Shown: positions 53,235-64,000 of the stretch, piece after piece | Layout of the letters: each line of letters begins with the position of its first letter | Position numbering within the stretch: the first letter of the stretch is position 1 | Assembly: GCA_963721455.1 (NCBI GenBank) | Contig: CAVRJG010000033.1 | Coordinates: forward strand, 98,883 to 162,882 | Source: an uncultured Methanosarcinaceae archaeon | GTDB taxonomy: Archaea > Halobacteriota > Methanosarcinia > Methanosarcinales > Methanosarcinaceae | DNA length: 64,000 bases | Reading direction: 5' to 3' | Translations under genes and position numbers: made by a program | The notes under the pieces: generated by a model | Seen by the model: only the letters and a program-made list of their open reading frames with translations | The model's database searches: none | What the model was told of the DNA's origin: nothing

Positions 53235-53942
53235 ATGCAAAAAGAGCAAAACCCTCTTTCAGTATATCCGGAACTCAGCAGGCTGATGGAAGCCGGAGAG
53301 CCTGTGTGTGTAACCTTCAAAACAGGGCACGAAATCGAAAAAGATATAGAGGAGAAAGCCGAAGAAAAAGCAGCCTACGCAGGAAATGAAAAGTTTCCTG
53401 AAAAATCCGGTCTTCTCTTTTGCGAACTTGTGCAGAAAGCCCGTATGGGGAAAGTCTTCCGGGTCTCGGGGCAGAGCTGCTCTCCGGGAGACTATGTGCT
53501 GGGCCTATCGGAAGAAAGTCCTGCTGCATATTACCTGAACTCCGGAAGGTACAGGGACTCACAGGCTGCGGAGAAGGCAGCCTTATCGCTTCCGAGATTG
53601 GAAAAAAGGTTTAGTTCCATAAGTGTTGAGCCCCTGTCCCTGAATAAGGGTAATTTTGATGTGCTGATTCTTTTCCTGAAACCCGAGAAAGCCATGCGTA
53701 TTGTCCAGGCAAATGCCTATTCTGAAGGAAAAAGGGCAGTACTGGATACAATGGGCGCAGCTTCAATCTGTGGAGACTGTACCGTGCTTGCACTCAGGCA
53801 GGGTATAGGCCTATCTTTCGGGTGTAAGGGATCGAGAAAGCACAGCGGATATGAAGATTTCGAGGTTCCACTTGGACTTTCTTTTGAGAGAGCAGCAGAA
53901 ATCGAAGGGAGGCTTTCAAAGCTTCCGAAAACCAGGGAGTAA
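53235..53942 (+). CDS. DUF169 (COG2043) family protein
   Basis: FCELVQKARMG, ASICGD and SFGCKGSR Cys motifs. Confidence 0.82.
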   Translation: MQKEQNPLSVYPELSRLMEAGEPVCVTFKTGHEIEKDIEEKAEEKAAYAGNEKFPEKSGLLFCELVQKARMGKVFRVSGQSCSPGDYVLGLSEESPAAYYLNSGRYRDSQAAEKAALSLPRLEKRFSSISVEPLSLNKGNFDVLILFLKPEKAMRIVQANAYSEGKRAVLDTMGAASICGDCTVLALRQGIGLSFGCKGSRKHSGYEDFEVPLGLSFERAAEIEGRLSKLPKTRE

Positions 53943-54199
53943 GAGGTTAATGGAAAGATCCCTTAGTTTCCGGAAGCCTTCACATTATTACCTGTTTCTC
54001 CATGAGACTGCACAGTTCGTAAACAAAATTTTCGGACTCTTCTGACAGCAGTTTCCCTTAAGTAACGACAAAAAAGCTTTACCCTCATTTGCTTCTCCGG
54101 AAGGAACTGGCTCTATAGTCGAGAGTTCTCCTTCTTTAAAAGTAAAGCCGTAAGTAACCCGTTCTTATTTGAAGAATCTATAACAGAAAACGTGAGCTT

Positions 54200-54503
54200 T
54201 TTCCGTGAAAAAAACTGAGACAAAACTGATTTATCTCAGCCGTTCTTTAAGAGAAGCAAATCGCCAAAAATCCTATTATCCCAAAGTTATCAGCGGGATG
54301 AGATTATATAGAAGTACAAACATGTAAAATGCGATTGTCATATTTTCCGCTTATAGTAAGCACTTCAAAGTTCTGTGAAAAAACGATACAAAACAGATTT
54401 ATATCATCTGTTTTTTGAGAAAAGCCAGTAAGCAAAATCCCTATATGCCAGAGGCCTCAGCGGGATGAGTATATATAGAAGTACAAACATGTAAACTGCG
54501 ATT
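54200..54503 (+). promoter_or_regulatory. Tandemly duplicated promoter region of the thermosome gene
   Basis: 47-nt TATA-containing block at 54290-54336 is repeated at 54457-54503 (44/47 identical), with weaker similarity extending upstream. Confidence 0.75.
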
Positions 54504-54549
54504 TTAATTCAAGAGCAATTCTAAACTCACACTAATGGAGGATTAAATT

Positions 54550-56202
54550 ATGGCAGGACAGCCAATATTCATTTTGAAAGAAGGAAGTAAGAGAACCAGA
54601 GGCAGAGATGCCCAGAGTAACAATATCATGGCTGCAAAAGCAGTAGCTGAAGCAGTCAGAACAACCCTCGGCCCCAAGGGTATGGACAAAATGCTCGTCG
54701 ATTCCATGGGTGATGTGGTCATTACAAACGACGGGGCAACCATTCTCAAAGAGATGGATATTGAACACCCTGCAGCAAAGATGGTAGTAGAAGTAGCCAA
54801 GACCCAGGATGAAGAAGTCGGGGACGGTACTACCAGTGCGGCTGTGGTCGCAGGTGAACTTTTAAAGAAAGCTGAAGACTTAATCGAGCAGGAAATCCAC
54901 CCGACAATTATCGCATCAGGGTACAGGCTTGCAGCCGAAAAAGCCGTGGAAGTCCTGAACTCCCTGGCAATGAAAGTAGAAATGTCCGACCGGAACCTGC
55001 TGATCAGTATTGCTGAAACCGCAATGACCGGAAAGGGTGCAGAGTCCTCCAAAAAGCTTCTCTCCAAAATCGCAGTTGATGCTGTCACAAGCGTTGTGGA
55101 CACAACAGAAGGAAAGAACAGTATTGAGAGAGACAATATCAATGTTGTTAAGAAAGTTGGCGGCAGGGTAGAAGATTCCGAGCTTATCCGGGGCATGATC
55201 ATTGACAAGGAAAGAATCCACCCCAATATGCCTCAAAAAATTAAGGATGCAAAAATCATTCTCCTTAATACCGCAATCGAACTCAAGGACACCGAAGTAG
55301 ATGCTGAAATCTCTATAACTTCTCCTGACCAGCTCCAGTCCTTCCTTGACCAGGAAGAACAGATGCTCAAGAGGATCGTCCAGAAGGTTATCGGTAGCGG
55401 GGCAAACGTTGTCTTCTGCCAGAAGGGAATTGAAGATCTTGCCCAGCACTATCTTGCAAAGGCAGGAATTTTTGCTGTTCGCAGGGTTAAGAAGAGCGAT
55501 ATGGAAAAGCTCGCAAGAGCAACAGGCGGCAAACTCATCACCAACCTGGATGAGGTCACTACTGAGGACCTCGGATATGCAGGACTCGTGGAAGAGAAAA
55601 AGGTTGGCGGCGACAACATGACCTTTGTCACAGGTTGCAACAACCCCAAGGCTGTAACCATCCTGCTGCGCGGCGGCACAGAGCATGTAGTTGACAGTGT
55701 CACCAGCGCTCTTGAAGATGCCCTCCGTGTGGTAGCAGTTTCAATCGAGGACGGGAAGCTAGTTGCAGGCGGCGGCTCCCCTGAAGTCGAGGTTGCCCTC
55801 AGGCTCCAGGAATACGCAGCAACTCTCGAAGGCAGAGAACAGCTTGCAGTCAAGGCCTATGCCGAAGCTCTCGAAGTTATTCCGAGGACCCTTGCAGAAA
55901 ATGCAGGGCTTGATCCCATTGACATGCTCATGGAGCTGCGCTCCCAGCACGAGAAGGGTATAAAGACCGCAGGACTCGATGTTTTCGAAGGCAAGGTCGT
56001 TGACATGTGGAAGAACTTTGTAGTTGAGCCTCTTAGAGTCAAGACCCAGGTTATTAACGCAGCCACCGAGTCTGCAGTTATGATTCTCAGGATCGATGAC
56101 ATCATTGCCTCTACCCGTGCAGCCCCTGGCCCAGAAGGCGGAATGGGCGGAATGCCCCCAGGAATGGGCGGAATGGGCGGAATGCCCCCAGGAATGATGT
56201 AA
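54550..56202 (+). CDS. ths: Thermosome subunit (group II chaperonin)
   Basis: [16 protein letters not shown] and GGM-rich tail. Confidence 0.97.
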   Translation: MAGQPIFILKEGSKRTRGRDAQSNNIMAAKAVAEAVRTTLGPKGMDKMLVDSMGDVVITNDGATILKEMDIEHPAAKMVVEVAKTQDEEVGDGTTSAAVVAGELLKKAEDLIEQEIHPTIIASGYRLAAEKAVEVLNSLAMKVEMSDRNLLISIAETAMTGKGAESSKKLLSKIAVDAVTSVVDTTEGKNSIERDNINVVKKVGGRVEDSELIRGMIIDKERIHPNMPQKIKDAKIILLNTAIELKDTEVDAEISITSPDQLQSFLDQEEQMLKRIVQKVIGSGANVVFCQKGIEDLAQHYLAKAGIFAVRRVKKSDMEKLARATGGKLITNLDEVTTEDLGYAGLVEEKKVGGDNMTFVTGCNNPKAVTILLRGGTEHVVDSVTSALEDALRVVAVSIEDGKLVAGGGSPEVEVALRLQEYAATLEGREQLAVKAYAEALEVIPRTLAENAGLDPIDMLMELRSQHEKGIKTAGLDVFEGKVVDMWKNFVVEPLRVKTQVINAATESAVMILRIDDIIASTRAAPGPEGGMGGMPPGMGGMGGMPPGMM

Positions 56203-56388
56203 TCCAAAAATAGACCCTAAAATCGGGGTTAAATAGGGAAAAGCATGCTTTCTAAGCTATGTTTTCTTAACCTTTTAGCCCCGAAAAAATTCAAAGCCTG
56301 AAAAACATCTTTCCGGCCTCTCACCGGAAGTCCATGTGAATCTCTTTTTTCAGGCCTTTTTTACTTTATAAAATCCAAAAGTTTCTAA

Positions 56389-57510
56389 TCATTTCTTTTC
56401 AAGGCAATTAAGAATATCCTCTGCCCCAAATTTTGTTTTTATAATTCTGGTTCTACCTCTCTGACCCTTGCCAGTAAAATCCGCATCTATATAGTTAAGC
56501 ACCTGGAGCCTGTTGACAATACCGTAAAAGCGAGTGTATCCGAGCTGTGTTAATTCATGGAAGGACTTGTAGAGCTCACCTGCCTGAATCTCTCCTTTTC
56601 TTGCTATTAACTCGAGCAGATGTTTTTCAGAGGCTGACAGGAGGCTTATACCCCTGCACAGGTGGAGCAGTTTGGATGCTTCGTACGCTTTTTCGATATC
56701 TTCAGAAGAGATTGTACGGCTTCCCCTTCGTTCGGCATTAAAACCGGAACGCTTAAGGAGATCGATTCCAACCCTGAGGTCTCCTGTCCTTTCTACATAC
56801 GAGACTACAAGTTCAAGTGACTCATCAGAAATTACCTTCGGATAAAAGCCGTATTTTACCCTGTCTCTTAGAATATCGAGAATTTCGGCATCTCCGTACA
56901 TAGGGAAAGGTATATCTTCAGGTAAAAAAACCGAATTCACCCTGGAGTCCATGCAGTAGAGGTCAGATGCGTCATTTACGATCCCGATAACCCCTATCTT
57001 TGCTCCAGGGTACTGCTCATGAGCCCTTAGCAGCGAATACATCACCTCATTGGCATGCCCTTCGTAACATAGATAATTGAGGTCATCCAGAGCAACAAGC
57101 AGAACTTTTTCCGAAGAGACAAGGAAATTAACAACGGTTTCGAAGATTTTCCTGAACGCGATTCCCGAATTGGGAGGGGAAATTCCGAAAAGTTTCCTGT
57201 AAATCCTGGAGATTACCGCAAAGCGTGTCGAATCAATCTGGCAGTTGACTTTGACGGCAACGATACCTGGAGCATGGACCTCAACTTCTCTGAACACCTT
57301 CATAACTGCACTGGTCTTTCCGGTGCCTGGAGGGCCGACAAGCAAACAGTTCAAAGGGCGCATGCCGCGCAGGGCTGGCCTGAACGCAAACCTGAGCGAG
57401 TTCAATTGTGACTCTCTGTGTGGAAAATATTCCGGGAGAAAGTCAGGCTCAAGCACGGAAAGGTCCTTAAATAGGGTCTCATCCCAGAGTAGCATGTCAT
57501 TACCTGTCAA
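56389..57510 (-). CDS. cdc6: Orc1/Cdc6-type AAA+ replication protein
   Basis: GPPGTGKT, LDD Walker B, GDLRVGID and C-terminal winged helix with RGRT. Confidence 0.92.
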   Translation of the reverse strand: MTGNDMLLWDETLFKDLSVLEPDFLPEYFPHRESQLNSLRFAFRPALRGMRPLNCLLVGPPGTGKTSAVMKVFREVEVHAPGIVAVKVNCQIDSTRFAVISRIYRKLFGISPPNSGIAFRKIFETVVNFLVSSEKVLLVALDDLNYLCYEGHANEVMYSLLRAHEQYPGAKIGVIGIVNDASDLYCMDSRVNSVFLPEDIPFPMYGDAEILDILRDRVKYGFYPKVISDESLELVVSYVERTGDLRVGIDLLKRSGFNAERRGSRTISSEDIEKAYEASKLLHLCRGISLLSASEKHLLELIARKGEIQAGELYKSFHELTQLGYTRFYGIVNRLQVLNYIDADFTGKGQRGRTRIIKTKFGAEDILNCLEKK

Positions 57511-58027
57511 GGGAAGTTACTCCATCTGTTATTATTAATGATATTGAAGGGCATGGGAATGTAAAAGTATGTTTGGCTGGAGCGGAGCTTAATAGGCTAT
57601 AGGGGCAGGAAGTAAGATAAGTCCGCATCTTGAATGAGAAAGTCTCTAAACATTAAAGCCGGATTTAATATAGATAATCCACGGTTTATATAAATAAGTT
57701 GCATTTAATACAAATGGGCGGGATTTTTGAGGAATTGAGTTCTTGATAAATAGATCTACTGCTTTTTTTAAATTTTTAATAGATATGTTTTACTGCATTT
57801 AGCTTTTTTGAATTATCATTCAATATAACTATTTCATCCGCAAAAAACAATGAGCCAATGATATACCAGTTCAGGGTCTGGAAAAGAAAAGTCTCTGGGG
57901 CGTTTTATAAGATAAATATATTAAAAATATTTGTATGAAAAAAATATTGAAATGAGAGTAACTAAAGAATAATGAACACAGATATGAGCACAGATTAATC
58001 CTATGCAGACGAAAAGAGTAACCGTCG

Positions 58028-58275
58028 ATATATTAACGACATATATTAACGATCCATATTAACGATCCATATTAACGATCATATATTAACGATCCATATT
58101 AACGATCCATATTAACGATCCATATTAACGATCCATATTAACGATCCATATTAACGATCCATATTAACGATCCATATTAACGATCCATATTAACGATCCA
58201 TATTAACGATCCATATTAACGATCCATATTAACGATCCATATTAACGATCCATATTAACGATCCATATATTAACG
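58028..58275. repeat. 13-bp tandem repeat ATATTAACGATCC, about 19 copies
   Basis: Near-perfect array ending just before the RBS of the 58289 gene. Confidence 0.97.
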
Positions 58276-58288
58276 GGAGAGAAGGAGT

Positions 58289-60866
58289 ATGGAAATAGAG
58301 TCTAAGTTTCTGGTAACGGAAGAAGCAGATTTTCAGGCACTTGAAAGTCTTTCCGGGCTTGCTTCATACGCCCTTTCTGAAGCCGAAATCCAGCAAATCG
58401 AGGACATTTTTTTTGATACTGAGGACAAAGCTATTATGGCTGCTGGGTACTACCTGCGGGTCAGAAAAGCGTATGAAGAGGAGGGCAGGTGGGTAACCAT
58501 TAAAAGCCTGGGAGGCTTCGAAAGCGGAACTCACAGGAGAGAGGAATACGTCAGTTTCCTGCCCGAAGGAATGTCTGTGCTCGAATGCCCTGATTCCCGT
58601 ATCCGAAACATGATTTTCGAATTTACTGCCGGACTTGGCCTTTTTCCCCTCCTGTCCCTCAAACAGAAAAGGGTGATTCGTCAGGTAAAAACGGGAAAAA
58701 GAATCATAGCCGAGATTTACCTGGACAGAGTGAACCTGAAAAGTAAAGGCAGGGAAAAGCTTTATAACGAATTTGAAGTTGAGCTTAAAAGCGAAGGAAC
58801 TCCTGAAGACCTGGAAGCTATCCGGCGTTTCCTGCTCAAGCATTACAACCTGGCAGAAAGCCAGTTTTCCAAGTTCGAGAGAGCCTTCCTTTTCATGGAA
58901 AACCTTCCTGAGAAAACTTTCCTGAGCCTGAGAGAAAGGGCTTTCTGCGCACAGCTTGCAGACCAGAAAAACGTATACGGAAAACAGGCTAAAATACTCA
59001 TGGGACTTGATAAAAGACAGACCTGTAAGGAACTGAGTGTTATTATGAAAGTCCCTCAAACCGAAATAGAAGCCCTGCGCTCAAAGTTTGAAAAAGAAAG
59101 GCTTTCTATTTTTCCTTTTACAACGTATAGAGAAAAAGACCCTGAATTCCATCTCCAGCCTGGAAGAAGCTGTGTTTTAAAAAAGGAAAAGAAAGCGGTA
59201 GAATTTAAGGAATGGGACCCGGAAAGCCTTCTTGGGTATTACGGAGCAGATAAAACCATGGCAGAAAAAAGCAGGGAGTATGCTTTTACTCTTTTTGATA
59301 GCCTGTTTATATGCCACGGACTGGGGCAGGAGGAGAGAAAACTTCTCGGCCTTTCGGCCTTCCTGAAGGAAGTAGGAATTTCTGTATTTCCTGAAGAAAA
59401 AGCCCGCATGAGCAGGGAAATTCTTCTGACGCATCCCATAAAGGGACTCAAGCTCCATGAAATTTTAATGCTTGCCCTGATCACGAAACTTCAGGACCCG
59501 TGCATAAGCGAAAAAAATGTTATTTCAACCCTTAAAGGTTTCCATACGAAATTGCCCCCAGGTTTCCAGAATAAAGCCCTGATGCTTGCAGCCGTCATAC
59601 GGATTGCAGACCTTTTTGAGTCCCCCGGAATCCGGCCAGGAAAGATAAGGCAGCTTGAAGACGCTCTGGAAATAGAAATGATAGGAGTTGAGACTGAAAA
59701 AGCTGCAAAAAAGGCTGAAAGAAGAAGTGAACTCTGGAAATATCTCTCTGGAAGAAAACTCCTATTTACTCAGGGTACTGAAGAAGAAAAAGCCAGAATT
59801 GAAGAAGAATCCAGAACAAAAGAAAAAAATGGAAAGGAAAAAAAGCCAGAAAAAAAAGAAATGCAGGCTACCGGGAAAAGTGACTGTCAAACCGACTGAC
59901 TCTATGGCCTGGCTCGCCTGCAGGATATTTTCATTTCAATTCTCCTGTATGCTCTTCCATGAAGAAGGGACCATAAAAGGAGAGGAAATCGAAGAACTGC
60001 ATGACATGCGGGTTGCAGTCCGCAGGATGAGGGCAGCATCGAGGGTTTTTGAGGATTATCTTGAGCCCGGGCAGCTTGAGCCTCACCTTAAAGGACTCGG
60101 AAGAACACTTGGTTCACTCGGAGAAGTAAGGGATCTGGACGTTTTCCGGGAAAAAGCGGAAGAATACCTGAAAATCCTACCGTCAGGGCACGAACATGAT
60201 CTGGATCCGCTTTTTGCAGTCCTTGCAGAAGAAAGAGAAAAAGCCAGGAAAAATATGCTTGATTACCTGGACAGCGAAAAATACAGCCATTTCAAAAAGG
60301 ATCTCTCGGACGCTCTTTCCTCTCCCGAGAACCTGGCTCTTCCTGTAACTAACAGGAAACATGATGCTTTGCCCCACAGGGTAAGAGAAGTTCTTCCTTC
60401 AATACTTTATTCACGTTTAGCTGACATCAGCGCTTACTCCGAATGGGTAGAAGGACCTTACCTTCCTGTGGAACGCCTGCACAGGCTCAGGATTGTAGCC
60501 AAAGGAATGCGTTATACGCTTGAATTCTTTGAGAGTGTCCTTGGAGAAGATGCGAAAGCCCTGATCAAAGAATTCAAAACTTTCCAGGATCACCTTGGAA
60601 ATCTGCATGACGCAGTGATCGCAGTCAACCTTCTGGGTTCCTGCCTGAGAAACGGAGAATGGGGTTCTGCCGAAAACGGAAAAGCTTCCGGAAAAAACAG
60701 GTTCTCCGAAGGTGTTCAAGGAATCGAAGCCTATCTCGCATACAGGGAAGAGGAACTTCAAATGCTGCTCAATACCTTCCCCGATGCCTGGGAAAGGATA
60801 TGGAATGGAGATTTCAGGGGAAGGATTGAAAGCGCAGTGAAAAACCTGTACGAAAGTCCCTTATGA
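58289..60866 (+). CDS. CYTH - degenerate Ppx/HD-like - CHAD fusion; split by a frameshift near 59860 in the given sequence
   Basis: EIESKF and EFEVELK (CYTH); SAFLKEVG and VIRIAD (Ppx C-terminal-like); LHDMRVAVRRMR, LHRLRI and QDHLGNLHD (CHAD); overlapping ORFs join in an A-rich linker. Confidence 0.8.
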
Positions 60867-61131
60867 ACGTTCTTATGAGCCTCGGGTATTTGACTCAAAA
60901 TTTAAGAAGTTATTTTAGTCACTAGACCCACTGACTTGAGAACGCAAAATTCCCACAATATAATAACAGCGAGTGGTCCTAATCTTTCTCAACTGGCAAC
61001 CACTGTACCGGTCGCTGCGGCAACTGTTTTTGCACAGAATAACGCCCTAAATATTTTATATAAATATTTTTTAGGCCGTTATTTCCGTAATTTGTACTTT
61101 TATATGCAAACTTGCTAATTACTATTCTGAT

Positions 61132-61203
61132 TTAGTTTCACGCGTAACTAACATATACATCAAAAACTTATAAAGTTATCAGATTAATTTCATGCGTAAC
61201 TAA
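61132..61203. promoter_or_regulatory. Two palindromic operator candidates flanking the marR TATA box
   Basis: TTAGTTTCACGCGTAACTAA (61132-61151) and TTAATTTCATGCGTAACTAA (61184-61203) around CTTATAAAG. Confidence 0.65.
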
Positions 61204-61265
61204 TCCGCAAATAGTTTTTATTTCAAAACAAAATTCACGGGGTTATAAAAACGGAGGATAAAATT

Positions 61266-61735
61266 ATGGTAGATCCAAGAGAAATATGCGGTCCGATCGC
61301 CATCATCTACCGGAGCCATCTAGCATATATGGCAAAGGAACTCAATGCTTACAGAATCGGAAGCGGACAATTTGATTTTTTAATGGTCTTATATCGTAAG
61401 GATGGTATCTCTCTGAGGAAACCCTTGCAAAAATCCTGAAAGTTAGCAAAGCAACAAGTACCAGAGCGATCCAGAATCTGGAAAAAGAAGGTTATGTGTA
61501 CAGGCAAAGAGATGAAAATGACCTTCGGGCTTATAGGGTCTACCTCACGGAAAAAGGAAAGGAAATAAGAGATGTGGTCCTGGAAAAATCAATTTATTTT
61601 GTCGACACTCTCCTTTCGAATTTCACACCTGAAGAAAAAGAAATTTTCAGGCGACTGATCCAGAAAGCTTCACTTAAATTTCATGAACCGGAACCCGAAC
61701 CTCCTAGTTTAGACAGGCTGAATGATACGAAGTAA
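61266..61735 (+). pseudogene. MarR-family regulator with a frameshift near 61413
   Basis: MVDPREICG...GQFDFLMVLYRKDGIS / ETLAKILKVSKATSTRAIQNLEKEGYV...DLRAYRVYLTEKG. Confidence 0.8.
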
Positions 61736-62083
61736 AAACGAGAAGGAAGCACAAAATACGGATGAAAAAAGTGAATTTCCGGGTAATGAGAATATAAGAT
61801 ACTGTACAAAAAATTAGACATAATAAATGCTAAAATGGAACAAAAAATTTCTACTCATCCATATTTTAGAGGTTATGGGCTGAATAATCAGCAAATCATA
61901 GGGAATTTTGATTAAATTTTTGTATGTTTCCAAATGATTTTTGACGAAAAAAATGAGGTTCCATAATAAATGGGATTTATACTATCAAATTAAAGGATAA
62001 AGGGCAAGGTGAAGAAGAACATGCCCCGATGCTTGTAGCGGGATACGCCAACACAAATTTGGTTTTAATAAGGGGAGAAGAAA

Positions 62084-62279
62084 ATGAGCTTCACAAGTAA
62101 TTCTTCAAATACAGATGACATCACAAAAAGACAGAAATACCTCGGTAATAAAGGCATGATTGTTTTTTTGGCCCTTTTAAGCGCCTTTGTGCCGCTGTCA
62201 ACTGACCTTTATCTTCCCGCTTTGCCAACCATGACTATGTATTTCCATGTACCTGAATACCAGATAAATCTTACTTTAC
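62084..62279 (+). pseudogene. 5' part of a Bcr/CflA-family MFS drug exporter interrupted by an IS
   Basis: LLSAFVPLSTDLYLPALP...QINLTL is the Bcr N-terminal motif; sequence switches to the IS end right after it. Confidence 0.85.
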
Positions 62280-64000
62280 AGGCTGTCTCAAAACCTTTTT
62301 GAATTCTACAATTGGGTAATATCTCATCTCAATTTTTATTTTATTCCAACAAGAATAGATTTAATTTCGACAAGAATAGATTAATTTTCACTGATCACTA
62401 TAGTTTATTCGCCTTTCCTGCTACAATTCCCCATCTATTCCCGCATTCGTTTCCTCTTCCAGTCATCATTATTAGAATATCCTTCAGGTTTTTACCTTCT
62501 CTCTTCATGAAATCCGCTATTTTCCTTATGTTGTGTACAGTACACATCATAACAAATTCAATTTTTGTCTTTCTTTTCCCTCTCAACAGAAATTCCCTGA
62601 ATCCTCTATCCTGTTTCATCTGACCAAATACAGGTTCTACGGTACACATTCTTTTCTGATACTGTTCCGTTCCTTCTTCTGTATTCAATTTAGCCCTCAT
62701 ATTTTCCATTAAGTACTCTCTAGGATCTCTTGATATTGTCCTGTTTTCACTCTCAGTACATGCATTTTTCAACACACATAAAGAACAATAATTACAGACA
62801 TAATACCTTAAATCCGTGTCATCCTTCCTTTTTTGTATTCTTGTAAATGGAATTTCAAATGCAGCAGGGCAATAATAACAATCTTTTTCCTCATCATAAG
62901 TGAAGAGAGATTTCCTGAACTTTTTGGTTTTTCCCCTTTTCTCAACTTCATAAAAGTTGTCAGGAATATAAGCATCAATTTGTTCATTGAGTAAAAATTC
63001 TACATTATCGTATGAGAAATAACCCGCATCTGCCAACACTATTGTTGGTTTGTATCCCAGTGTTTCCTTTACGTTTTCTATCATTGGTTCAATCTGATGC
63101 AAGTCATTTTCTTCGTCAACAACGTCTGCAGCAACAATAATTTGCTCCTTTTCATCAACAGCAACCTGACAATTGTAGGAAGGTTTCTTACTTCCATCTT
63201 TATGCTTCATAATTCGAGCATCGTTGTCTGTGATGTTTACTTTTTTCAGCTTTTCTTCATCGAGCTTTTTCTTAGCAGCCTTAATTTTCTCTAATCTTTT
63301 CTTCCTGTTAACCAGTTCTTCTGGAATCTGGTAAGGTGTCGAGTCACCATAAATTTCATCTTCATATTTATCGGTCTCAATGCTCTCTTTGAGTATCTTA
63401 TCGATTTCTTTTTCGAGAGCATCCGAGCTCTTGCTTTGTCTTGGAGAAGCATTTGCCTTAACCTTTGTTCCGTCAATCGATATACTGGAACCAATAAGAC
63501 CCATTTCCTTGCAAAACGTGACAACCTGGGAAAAAATTTCTTTAATTTGATCCAGATGAGTTGAACGGAATCGACAAATTGTGTGGAAGTCAGGTTTTTG
63601 CATGGCTGCAAGGTACATAAAAGCAGTATCAGTTTGGGTCATTTGCTCTATCTTGCGTGAGCTTCTGATGCTTATCAAGTATCCATAAAGTGAGATTTTT
63701 AAAAGAAGTCTTGGATGATAGGCAGGGCAGCCTTCCTCAGAGTAAGTGGATTCAATAGAATCAATATTAACGACATCTATGATGTCGTTTAGCACTCTGG
63801 CAATATGGTTTTCAGGAACAAACTCTTCCAGGTTAAATGGAAGTAAAAATTGCTGCTTTTGATCGTACCTTTTGAACATGGTGAGACACTTAGGAGTGAT
63901 TTTCTCAAATAGTATACTTTTTATGTAAGATATATTTTAAAAAAGATAAATATTCCGAATAGTTCTTACCCAATTGTAGAATCAAGCATAGTTTTGAGAC
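62280..64000 (-). mobile_element. IS1182-family insertion sequence (far end at the window edge)
   Basis: Imperfect ~35-bp TIRs GTCTCAAAAC...ATTCTACAATTGGGTAA at 62285 and inverted at 63966-64000. Confidence 0.92.
62398..63879 (-). CDS. IS1182-family transposase
   Basis: YHPRLLLK..YGY...SSRKIE, PDFHTICRFR, IDGTKVKANAS, ADAGY and VEPVFGQMK. Confidence 0.95.
   Translation of the reverse strand: MFKRYDQKQQFLLPFNLEEFVPENHIARVLNDIIDVVNIDSIESTYSEEGCPAYHPRLLLKISLYGYLISIRSSRKIEQMTQTDTAFMYLAAMQKPDFHTICRFRSTHLDQIKEIFSQVVTFCKEMGLIGSSISIDGTKVKANASPRQSKSSDALEKEIDKILKESIETDKYEDEIYGDSTPYQIPEELVNRKKRLEKIKAAKKKLDEEKLKKVNITDNDARIMKHKDGSKKPSYNCQVAVDEKEQIIVAADVVDEENDLHQIEPMIENVKETLGYKPTIVLADAGYFSYDNVEFLLNEQIDAYIPDNFYEVEKRGKTKKFRKSLFTYDEEKDCYYCPAAFEIPFTRIQKRKDDTDLRYYVCNYCSLCVLKNACTESENRTISRDPREYLMENMRAKLNTEEGTEQYQKRMCTVEPVFGQMKQDRGFREFLLRGKRKTKIEFVMMCTVHNIRKIADFMKREGKNLKDILIMMTGRGNECGNRWGIVAGKANKL

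Noticed and set aside
58028-58275. CRISPR array or confirmed replication origin
   Set aside because: 13-bp units without spacers; no clear ORB consensus, so reported only as a repeat
62021-62050. REP-like or IS-end hairpin GCCCCGATGCTTGTAGCGGG
   Set aside because: Stem too degenerate and single copy in the window

Overview
Core chromosomal region of a methylotrophic methanogen, almost certainly Methanosarcina: it carries an amber/pyrrolysine-containing mtmB followed by mtmP, plus sepS, cofE, thermosome, PCNA/priL, TFS, archaeosortase with psd/pssA, Hef and Orc1/Cdc6. Most of the 64 kb is housekeeping. Accessory material is concentrated in three places: 34.5-36.6 kb (secreted Cys/acid-rich protein with about 34 ten-residue repeats), 40.4-43.9 kb (MITE-like relic, degenerate 59-nt repeat leader with a small ORF, MNT-HEPN toxin-antitoxin pair, decayed pentapeptide/ion-channel gene) and 61-64 kb (MarR with twin operators, Bcr/CflA MFS gene split by an IS1182 element). 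Two small genes below the 60-aa ORF cut-off were read by hand (1283-1387, 38011-38175). Many apparent single-base frameshifts (priL tail, repeat protein, MNT, CYTH-CHAD, MarR, pentapeptide gene) suggest consensus indel errors, so pseudogene calls are provisional. No CRISPR array, rRNA or tRNA was recognised. All family calls come from motif recognition by eye; no database search was run.
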